A stretch of DNA of 32,000 nucleotides. Source: Granulosicoccaceae bacterium (lineage in GTDB: Bacteria; Pseudomonadota; Gammaproteobacteria; Granulosicoccales; Granulosicoccaceae). This document shows, piece by piece, positions 17,015 to 24,045 of the stretch (its first letter is position 1; each line of letters starts with the position of its first letter). The position numbers and the translations under genes were made by a program. Location: positions 2,084,397 through 2,116,396 of the forward strand of contig OZ244967.1 in assembly GCA_965222695.1 (NCBI GenBank), in the 5' to 3' direction. The notes beneath the pieces were generated by a model that was not told the origin of the DNA, made no database searches, and was given only the letters and a program-made list of their open reading frames with translations.

Positions 17015-17757
17015 GCACGCCAACGACTGATGGACCGATCCAGGGGCTGAAGGAGCACAGCTTCGATCGCAAAGATCACCAGTGCAAATGCCAGGGTATA
17101 GGCCAGTATACTGGTGATATCGAAGAAATTGAAAAAGGTGCCGAGTTGGAATCCGACGCCGTTACTTCTTCCCAGCAGTTCCACGACCAGTACAATTTTC
17201 CAGATCAGGGCAAGCCCGGATCGTGCGGAGGCGATCAGATAGGGATACAGCTGAGGCAATATGATATTCCTTAGCATTTTATAAGGCCCGATTTTATAGA
17301 CCTGGCCGACCTGGATAAGGCCGGAGTCCAAGGCGCGGGCACCTTCCCGCACGGTAACTGCAACCGTGGGAATCTTATTGACTGCCACTGCGGTGACCGC
17401 CGCCAGTTCGGTGAGTCCGAGCCAGATATAGCAAAGAATGATGGTGACCAGGGCGGGAATGTTCAGTGCCAGCACCAGCAACCCGTCCAGGGCAGCGTTA
17501 ACGGACTCTCCCCGGCCCATCACCAAACCGAAAATACTGCCGACAAGCAGGGCGATCACGAATGCGAAAAAGACGCGTCTCAGGGTCATGCTCAGATGAA
17601 AAAGCAATTCTCCGTCGAGCGTATGATCGATCAGGCTGTCTATGACCGCTACAGGGGTGGGTAGAACGTCAGACTGACTGAGCACAGAAGCCAGGTGCCA
17701 GAAGATCACAAAAATCAGCAGAGAAATCGGCCTTAACCAATGATTCGCCAGCTTCAT
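17011..17757 (-). CDS. ABC transporter permease, binding-protein-dependent (SsuC/TauC-like)
   Basis: 248 aa with about six TM helices and an EAA-type cytoplasmic loop REGARALDSGLIQVGQVYKIGPYKMLRNIILPQL. Confidence 0.9.
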   Translation of the reverse strand: MKLANHWLRPISLLIFVIFWHLASVLSQSDVLPTPVAVIDSLIDHTLDGELLFHLSMTLRRVFFAFVIALLVGSIFGLVMGRGESVNAALDGLLVLALNIPALVTIILCYIWLGLTELAAVTAVAVNKIPTVAVTVREGARALDSGLIQVGQVYKIGPYKMLRNIILPQLYPYLIASARSGLALIWKIVLVVELLGRSNGVGFQLGTFFNFFDITSILAYTLAFALVIFAIEAVLLQPLDRSISRWRA

Positions 17758-17805
17758 GGGCCTGTTTGGTTCTTCCGGAATGCAGTCATGTATATCCGGT
17801 AATTG

Positions 17806-18798
17806 TCACGGGCTGATTGAAAATTCCTGCCAGAAAGTGCCCGTATCCAATTGCATACTGTCACCGACCAGCTTTTTCCCTCCTGTTTGTGCCAGGAGCC
17901 GGTAGATTTTCGCCGCGCCTGCAATTTCCTCTTCACCGAAACGATCCGGGATTCCGGCTCTAAAAGTATCGCGCACGCTGATCAGTTCCTTTTCGTTTTT
18001 GGGTTTCACCAGGCTGCTGAGCCGCTTCCATTCAGTATCTGACTCCTTTAACAGACTCTTTGCATCATAGGACGCTTTCAGCACGGCGCTTACCAGGTGT
18101 CGGTTTTTCTCGCCCCATACACCATCATAAACCCAGCCCAACAAAGGCATGGACGTGTCGACGCCAAACTCCGGGAGTATTTCCGGCACCGACGGCATAG
18201 GCTGCATACCCGCCGCTTTCAGTTGAGCGCCGAACTTCCAAAACGTAATCGCCGCATCCAACTCGCCCTTTAGCATTAACTTGTTGAGCAACGGGGGAGC
18301 TGCGAATTTAGCGTCGACCTCATCGGCGAGATCAAACCCGTGCTGCTTTTGCACATAAGCCCGGTATAACAGCCAGCTCTTATCGACGGGCCCGCCGGCG
18401 ATGCCGAGCTTCTTGCCTTTTAAATCGGCGAGAGACCGGATTCCACTGTCCGGATTCACCACAAGTCCACCCACAGCATTCGAATAGGGAAAAAACACAT
18501 AGCTTTTTCCACCCGCCCTTTGCCGCGACACCCAGATCCAGTCGCTTACAATCATATCCACTTCACCACCCTGCAAAGCGATACTGGTGGCGTTTTTATT
18601 ACCCAGTTTCACCGGAATAATTCTCACACCCTGTGCCTCATCCAGTTTATGCTCGCGGATAACATCCAGTTCCCAATTCACCGTACCGAACTGGAGCACG
18701 CCGATTTTTATTTCCGGCAGTGACTCGGCATTGAGGGACTGGATGATAAACAGGCACGGAAAAGCAAGGGCGATCAGCCTGGAAATTTGTTTCATCAT
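17806..18798 (-). CDS. periplasmic substrate-binding protein, NMT1/SsuA/TauA-like
   Basis: Start placed at ATG 18798, which is preceded by GAGGA and gives the signal peptide MMKQISRLIALAFPCLFIIQSLNA. The track start at 18840 adds 14 residues upstream of the signal peptide, which is implausible. Confidence 0.85.
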   Translation of the reverse strand: MMKQISRLIALAFPCLFIIQSLNAESLPEIKIGVLQFGTVNWELDVIREHKLDEAQGVRIIPVKLGNKNATSIALQGGEVDMIVSDWIWVSRQRAGGKSYVFFPYSNAVGGLVVNPDSGIRSLADLKGKKLGIAGGPVDKSWLLYRAYVQKQHGFDLADEVDAKFAAPPLLNKLMLKGELDAAITFWKFGAQLKAAGMQPMPSVPEILPEFGVDTSMPLLGWVYDGVWGEKNRHLVSAVLKASYDAKSLLKESDTEWKRLSSLVKPKNEKELISVRDTFRAGIPDRFGEEEIAGAAKIYRLLAQTGGKKLVGDSMQLDTGTFWQEFSISP

Positions 18799-19213
18799 AG
18801 TTTCCTCATGTCTCTTTTCTTTCAAGTGTATTGCGTCCAATCGTGACTAAATTCCTTCGATGCCGCAAGCCGGGAAAAGAAATTTGTCCCGCACAAAGAC
18901 AGGAATTTTTCCTGCACACGGTTGGCGGATGCCATCACTTTTTCAACTGATTAATAGCGTCCATGCCTATGGATCAAGATACTTAAGGCGAAGTACCGAT
19001 AAATATCACCTTTTTGGACTAGCCTGTTTTACGACCAAGGAAGGAGAAAGCCCTATTGTAATCATCGAAAGCCTGCCTCTAGACTGTTGTGCCTATAAAG
19101 AAATGCTCACTGATTTTTATCGTCCGAGCTTTTTCGCCTCTTTATTGAAAGAGCAAAACCGGCGGTTGATACAGTGCAATACCGCGAAATAAGTTTATAC
19201 AGTCGGGTGCCCT

Positions 19214-20134
19214 ATGCAAATACAAGTGCTTGGATCTGCCGCTGGCGGAGGGTTCCCCCAGTGGAACTGCAACTGCCACAATTGCACAGGCATGAGGGAG
19301 GGCACATTAAATGCCTCGGCGAGAACTCAATCCTCCATCACCATCAGCACAAACGGTGTAGAGTGGGTATTGTTTAATGCCTCTCCGGATATACTTAAAC
19401 AGATCGACGCTTTTCCGCCTCTTCAGCCAGCGAGAAAAATTCGTGATACCGGCATAGCCGCCATTGTGTTAATGGACAGCCAGATCGATCATACGACCGG
19501 ACTGTTGATGTTGCGCGAAGGATGTCCGCACGAAGTCTGGTGTACCGATATGGTTTATCAGGATTTATCCAGCGGATTCCCGTTGTTCAACATGCTGGAA
19601 CATTGGAATGGCGGACTACAGCGCAAAAAAATCAGCATCGACCCCGCAGATAATACCTTCACCATTGAAAGGATAGAAGGCTTGACGTTTTCCGCTGTGC
19701 CCTTAAGCAGCAGCGCACCGCCCTATTCTCCGCATCGGAATAATCCGCATCCGGGGGATAACATCGGCATCTACGTTACCGATAACCAAAGCGGTAAATC
19801 GCTTTTTTATGCGCCGGGCCTGGGCCAGATCGAAGAACATCTCAGCCCGCTGATGGCATCGGCCGATTGTCTGCTGGTGGACGGAACAATCTGGCGGGAT
19901 GATGAACTGCTGCTTAGCGGCGTAGGTGACAAGCTTGGCGTTACCATGGGGCATCTGGCCCAATCCGGTGAAGGCGGAATGATTGAGTACCTGGATTCAC
20001 TGAACAAACCGCGCAAAATTCTGATTCATATCAATAATACAAATCCTATACTGGATGAGGATTCCGCCGAACGGGCGGAACTGCGACGTCACAGTATCGA
20101 AGTCGCCTGGGACGGCATGAGTATCGAGCTTTAG
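19214..20134 (+). CDS. pqqB: pyrroloquinoline quinone biosynthesis protein B
   Basis: 306 aa. The N-terminus [24 protein letters not shown] is the hallmark PqqB sequence, followed by a metallo-beta-lactamase fold. Confidence 0.95.
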   Translation: MQIQVLGSAAGGGFPQWNCNCHNCTGMREGTLNASARTQSSITISTNGVEWVLFNASPDILKQIDAFPPLQPARKIRDTGIAAIVLMDSQIDHTTGLLMLREGCPHEVWCTDMVYQDLSSGFPLFNMLEHWNGGLQRKKISIDPADNTFTIERIEGLTFSAVPLSSSAPPYSPHRNNPHPGDNIGIYVTDNQSGKSLFYAPGLGQIEEHLSPLMASADCLLVDGTIWRDDELLLSGVGDKLGVTMGHLAQSGEGGMIEYLDSLNKPRKILIHINNTNPILDEDSAERAELRRHSIEVAWDGMSIEL

Positions 20135-20144
20135 GGGAGCTGTC

Positions 20145-20906
20145 ATGATCGAACAAACAAAAAGAGCTCTATCACGTGAAGAGTTTGAGATGGCATTGCG
20201 CGCCAAAGGCAGGTTCTATCATATACACCACCCTTATCACCGGGCGATGTATGAGGGCCGTTGCACTGCCGCGCAAATCAGAGGCTGGGTGGCAAACCGG
20301 TATTATTATCAAATCAATATTCCGCTGAAAGACGCGGCCATTATGGCAAACTGTCCCGATCCGGATATCAGGAGGCACTGGGTTCAGCGTATCCTCGATC
20401 ACGATGGTTTTGAAGATGCCGAAGGTGGAATAAAAGCCTGGCTGGCGTTGGCCGAAGCGGTAGGCCTGAGCAGAGAAGAGGTCGAATCACAGCAATATGT
20501 ACTGCCAGGCGTACGGTTCGCAGTGGACGCTTATGTCAATTTTGCCCGACGAGCCAGCTGGCAGGAGGCCGCCAGTTCCTCGCTGACGGAGCTATTCGCA
20601 CCCGAGATACATCAATCGCGGCTTGACAGCTGGCCGCAACACTATCCGTGGATAAAGGAAAAAGGATACAGTTATTTTCGAAAAAGGCTTTCCGAAGCCA
20701 GGCGCGATGTAGAGCACGGTCTGCAGATCACCCTTGATTATTATAAGAGCCGGCAGCAGCAGGAACGCATGCTGCAAATTCTGCAGTTTAAACTGGATAT
20801 ACTCTGGAGCATGCTGGATGCTATGTCCATGGCATACGAACTCAATCGACCTCCTTATCACACCGTGACCGATCAAGCGGTCTTTCATCACGGTATTCCA
20901 TTATGA
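20145..20906 (+). CDS. pqqC: pyrroloquinoline-quinone synthase
   Basis: 253 aa. It contains [50 protein letters not shown], typical of PqqC. GGGGAG lies upstream of the ATG. Confidence 0.95.
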   Translation: MIEQTKRALSREEFEMALRAKGRFYHIHHPYHRAMYEGRCTAAQIRGWVANRYYYQINIPLKDAAIMANCPDPDIRRHWVQRILDHDGFEDAEGGIKAWLALAEAVGLSREEVESQQYVLPGVRFAVDAYVNFARRASWQEAASSSLTELFAPEIHQSRLDSWPQHYPWIKEKGYSYFRKRLSEARRDVEHGLQITLDYYKSRQQQERMLQILQFKLDILWSMLDAMSMAYELNRPPYHTVTDQAVFHHGIPL

Positions 20907-21178
20907 CCGGACAATCCGATGTTCCCAGCATCAATCCACTGTACCGGTTTCAGTTCGAGAAGGCCCAGGATTGCTACGTATTGCTCTACCCGGAGGGAAT
21001 GATAAAGCTCAATGGCAGTGCCGGGGAGATCATGTCCATGATAGACGGACGGCGTAGTGTGGAATCGATCATCACTGCACTGAAAGAAAAATTTCCCGAT
21101 GCCAAGGGCATAGAGCAGGATATAATCGAGTTTCTGGAGGACGCGCGTCACCGTCGTTGGTTGCAGTTTGACTCCTGA
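20903..21178 (+). CDS. pqqD: PQQ biosynthesis peptide chaperone
   Basis: 91 aa. [46 protein letters not shown] is typical of PqqD. It has an ATGA overlap with pqqC. Confidence 0.95.
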   Translation: MTGQSDVPSINPLYRFQFEKAQDCYVLLYPEGMIKLNGSAGEIMSMIDGRRSVESIITALKEKFPDAKGIEQDIIEFLEDARHRRWLQFDS

Positions 21179-23051
21179 TTCCCGGCGGACAGACCATGGC
21201 TTTTGGCCCTCGGGCATCAGCGCGGCCGATGCAGCCGCCGCCAATGTCGAGTATGACCAGCTTCAGGTGAATGAACACGGCGTATTTTGGCGCGAACTCG
21301 ATCCGGTTTCGGGATTCTACGGCATAGTCAAATACAAGCAGGGTAAAACCATCAAAATAACCGATAACTCCTGCAACGTGCGTAACAGCGTCCACGGATA
21401 CGGTGGTGGTGATTGGTGTTTATGGGGAGATGTTCTGTATTTTGTCCAGGACTCGGACCAACAAATCTATAAATTGCCCGCCGACGGTGCGGAAACGGCG
21501 ATCCGGCTTACCAATAATCCGCAATTTAAATTCGCCGATTTATACCCCGATCCCACGTTTAGGCGCCTGTTATGTATCACGGAAAAGTGCAACGAATCCG
21601 GTGATGCCATCGATGATCTATCGGCCGTGGATATTACAAGCGGCCAGATTCAGCTTCTCTGTTCCGGGCAGGATTTTTACAGCTCCCCCGCCATCTCGGC
21701 AGACGGAACGAGGCTTGTGTGGATAGCCTGGAACCATCCTCACATGCCGTGGTATTCCAATCAACTTTATGTCGCTGAACTGGACCAATACGGACAAATC
21801 ACCAAAAGCCGGGAAATAGACGCATCCTGGCCGGAACCCCAATCCTTTTCCCAGCCGCGATTTACCGCCGGCGGAGAATTGTATTTCGTTACGGACAAAA
21901 ATAACTGGTGGAATATTTACCGTGAGTCCGGCAATGATCAGATTGAGTGCGTCCTGCCCCTGAATGCCGAGTTCGCCGTTGCCCAGTGGCAATTTGCACA
22001 ATCATTCTGGGATTTCGCCGCATCCGGCAGCATTGCCTGCAGCTACCTTAAGCATGCGTCAGGAAAATTGGGGCTTATCGATTTACAGGGCAGCTTAAAT
22101 ACCTTTAGTCTGCCGTTTTGCCAATTTCGATTTATCCGTTTCTTTCGAAAAACTATCTATGCAATTGCGTATTCCAACGACCAAAACCCGGCAGTCATCC
22201 AGTTTAATCCCGAATCGCGTAAATTGAAAATCCTTCACCGGCAATCAACAGGCTTTTCAACGCAGGATATCTCTGTTGCCAGACACTATCGATTTCCTAC
22301 CGAAAATGACCAATTCGCATATGGTTTTTACTATTCGCCGGTAAACAGCCGGATTAAAATGGACAATGAACACAAGCCACCTCTTATCATGTTTACGCAT
22401 GGCGGTCCCACCTCAAGCACCTATCCGGTTTTTAACACTAAAATACAATACTGGACACAGCGCGGTTTTGCAGTAATGGATGTTAACTACCGCGGAAGCA
22501 CCGGTTATGGACGTCTGTATCGTAATAGTCTGGCTGGTAACTGGGGTAAAACCGATGTGGAGGATTGCCAGGCGGCAATCGGGTTTTTGGCTGCCAACGG
22601 ATTGGTGGATCCGAATAGAGTGTTTATCCGGGGTAGCTCGGCGGGTGGCTACACCGCTTTGTGTTCGCTGTTCTCAAGCGATCTGTATTTGGGAGGTGTC
22701 AGCCTCTATGGTATCAGCGACCCTCTGGCGCTTATCGATCAGACCCATAAATTTGAAAGCCATTACCTGCAATGGTTGATCGGTGATCCCGAGTTGGAAA
22801 AAAGACGTTATTATCGCAGATCACCAATCCATCAGATCGAGAAAATTTCCTGTCCGGTCATATTCTTTCAAGGCGCAAAAGATAAAGTCGTTGTACCGGA
22901 ACAAACTGAAAAAATGGTCTCACGACTGCGCAATGCAGGATTCGAGGTCAAGTTTTTCCTGTTCAAAGATGAATCGCACGGGTTCCGCGCCGTCGCAAGC
23001 AATAAGCGTGTATTAGAAGAGGAGTTGTTATTTTACCGGGCATTGCTGTAA
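21168..23051 (+). CDS. S9-family serine peptidase (prolyl oligopeptidase / acylaminoacyl-peptidase-like)
   Basis: 627 aa with an N-terminal propeller-like region. The C-terminal alpha/beta hydrolase carries IRGSSAGGY (GxSxGG nucleophile), FFQGAKDKVV (Asp) and FKDESHGF (His). The only upstream start is TTG 21168, overlapping pqqD by 11 nt. The next candidate is a GTG about 96 nt further in, so the start is uncertain. Confidence 0.85.
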   Translation: MTPDSRRTDHGFWPSGISAADAAAANVEYDQLQVNEHGVFWRELDPVSGFYGIVKYKQGKTIKITDNSCNVRNSVHGYGGGDWCLWGDVLYFVQDSDQQIYKLPADGAETAIRLTNNPQFKFADLYPDPTFRRLLCITEKCNESGDAIDDLSAVDITSGQIQLLCSGQDFYSSPAISADGTRLVWIAWNHPHMPWYSNQLYVAELDQYGQITKSREIDASWPEPQSFSQPRFTAGGELYFVTDKNNWWNIYRESGNDQIECVLPLNAEFAVAQWQFAQSFWDFAASGSIACSYLKHASGKLGLIDLQGSLNTFSLPFCQFRFIRFFRKTIYAIAYSNDQNPAVIQFNPESRKLKILHRQSTGFSTQDISVARHYRFPTENDQFAYGFYYSPVNSRIKMDNEHKPPLIMFTHGGPTSSTYPVFNTKIQYWTQRGFAVMDVNYRGSTGYGRLYRNSLAGNWGKTDVEDCQAAIGFLAANGLVDPNRVFIRGSSAGGYTALCSLFSSDLYLGGVSLYGISDPLALIDQTHKFESHYLQWLIGDPELEKRRYYRRSPIHQIEKISCPVIFFQGAKDKVVVPEQTEKMVSRLRNAGFEVKFFLFKDESHGFRAVASNKRVLEEELLFYRALL

Positions 23052-23133
23052 ACGCTGCTCCCTAAATCCTGTCATCACCCTGTCTGTTCCACACGGGCTG
23101 ATGTTCCTGAATTCCGCGTTGAACATTTAGAAG

Positions 23134-23162
23134 TTGCTTTTTTTGCTGCGGTGTAGCATAAT
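23134..23162 (+). promoter_or_regulatory. candidate sigma70 promoter for the CsrA-like gene
   Basis: TTGCTT (23134-23139), a 17-bp spacer, then CATAAT (23157-23162). It lies about 60 nt upstream of the ATG. This is a motif match only. Confidence 0.35.
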
Positions 23163-23188
23163 CCACTGCATAATAACAACACATTCAA

Positions 23189-23200
23189 GGACGGAGGTCC
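23189..23200 (+). promoter_or_regulatory. short hairpin presenting GGA in its loop, in the 5' leader of the CsrA-like gene
   Basis: GGAC-GGAG-GUCC, preceded by AA. More GGA/AGG elements (CGGAUU, UGAGGC) lie between it and the ATG at 23225. CsrA-type proteins bind GGA in hairpin loops. Confidence 0.35.
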
Positions 23201-23224
23201 CGGATTCCAAACTGAGGCAGATTC

Positions 23225-23407
23225 ATGTTAATACTGAAACGCCGAGTTGGCGATAAAGTCGATATTAATCATGAAGTTAAAATCACAGTGCTGGATGTGT
23301 GCGACGACATGGTTACGCTGGGTTTCACTAACCCTGTGGAAAACGGCGAGCTGACCCTGTCAATGCAGACAAGAAAGCACGGGAATCCTGCAGAGTATCA
23401 AATTTGA
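23225..23407 (+). CDS. divergent CsrA/RsmA-family protein (paralog with a non-canonical C-terminal half)
   Basis: The first 37 residues of this 60-aa protein are MLILKRRVGDKVDINHEVKITVLDVCDDMVTLGFTNP. They align with E. coli CsrA [37 protein letters not shown] at 18/37 identical by hand. The remainder (VENGELTLSMQTRKHGNPAEYQI) does not match KEVSVHREEIYQRIQ. Confidence 0.65.
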   Translation: MLILKRRVGDKVDINHEVKITVLDVCDDMVTLGFTNPVENGELTLSMQTRKHGNPAEYQI

Positions 23408-23453
23408 ACTAACTCATAAGCCCACACACCTTTTTACTCTTTGAGAGAGTTCA

Positions 23454-23488
23454 CCGGGGTTAGGTTGATCCGACCCCGGATTTTGTTT
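23454..23488 (+). terminator. rho-independent terminator after the CsrA-like gene
   Basis: Stem CCGGGGT / ACCCCGG (23454-23460 with 23473-23479), a 12-nt loop, followed by ATTTTGTTT. Confidence 0.6.
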
Positions 23489-23599
23489 GGAGGCCGCTCC
23501 TGCACACCTGTCTTTGCTCCTGCGAGCAATCTGACAATAAGTTACAAGCACCCAATTCTTTCGTACTAACTTCTTGATAATTCTAAATTACTCGCTCAA

Positions 23600-23618
23600 A
23601 GTAGATTAATAATCTACT
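23600..23618. repeat. perfect 19-bp palindrome: AGTAGATTA-A-TAATCTACT
   Basis: Read directly from the sequence. Its centre is about 59 bp upstream of the ATG at 23668, so it is a candidate operator. Confidence 0.55.
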
Positions 23619-23667
23619 CGTCCCGCAAGTCTTATTTCATCATTTTTCCACCCCGGAGTGGACAGAC

Positions 23668-23988
23668 ATGTACACGCGAGTCGCAAAGTTCAAGTTGAAG
23701 AAAAGTAATTTAAAAGAAGCCCGGATCACGACAGATGAAACCATCCGCCCTGCTATAGAGAAAATGGACGGTATCAGATTGCTATTGGTTACCATAGATC
23801 CGGACAGCAATGAAGGAACGGCGATCGCGGTTTATCACAACAGAGAGAGTGCCGGTGAGGCGCAGGAAATAATCAAACACATATGGGGCACTCTTTCCCC
23901 TTACCTGACCGGCCCGCCCGAAATCAGCGAGCAGGAAACCGTGATGTGGATAGAAGATCAAATCCTGCGAAGCCCTCAAGAGGCCTAG
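23668..23988 (+). CDS. small hypothetical protein, possibly an ABM-like dimeric alpha/beta-barrel fold
   Basis: 106 aa with GGAG 10 nt upstream of the ATG. The pattern MYTRVAKFKLK...IRPAIEKMDGIRLLLVTIDPDSNEGTAIAVYHNRESAGEAQ resembles the beta-alpha-beta layout of antibiotic-biosynthesis-monooxygenase-like domains. The fold call is weak. Confidence 0.4.
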   Translation: MYTRVAKFKLKKSNLKEARITTDETIRPAIEKMDGIRLLLVTIDPDSNEGTAIAVYHNRESAGEAQEIIKHIWGTLSPYLTGPPEISEQETVMWIEDQILRSPQEA

Positions 23989-24045
23989 GGGCGTTCTCGA
24001 TCACCGACGAACCACGCAACTATAGACGCAAAAAACCCATCCCCT

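Noticed and set aside
18811-18966. A repeated TTTCAA-N7/10-GCGTCCA motif, and the similar mini-frames MDAIHLKEK / MDAINQLKK on the minus strand upstream of the SBP gene.
   Set aside because: Only 6- and 7-mers are shared, with different spacing. Several such repeats are expected by chance in a 400-bp region.
18860-19192. A 110-aa plus-strand ORF fills most of the spacer upstream of pqqB.
   Set aside because: There is no Shine-Dalgarno before its ATG. The sequence looks odd and low-complexity (…RYLRRSTDKYHLFGLACFTTKEGE…) and has no family resemblance I can recognise. It occupies the space that must hold two divergent promoters. I treat it as a chance ORF.
19174-19377. A frame containing [17 protein letters not shown] (E-x-x-x-Y at 19186-19200) lies just upstream of pqqB and is superficially like the KPAF-DLR-G-EVTLY core of PqqA.
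   Set aside because: Its only start is a GTG at 19174, after the KPA segment. There is no Trp or conserved Gly context. The frame runs 67 codons into pqqB without a stop, whereas PqqA ends a few residues after the Tyr. It is most likely coincidence, and at best a decayed relic.
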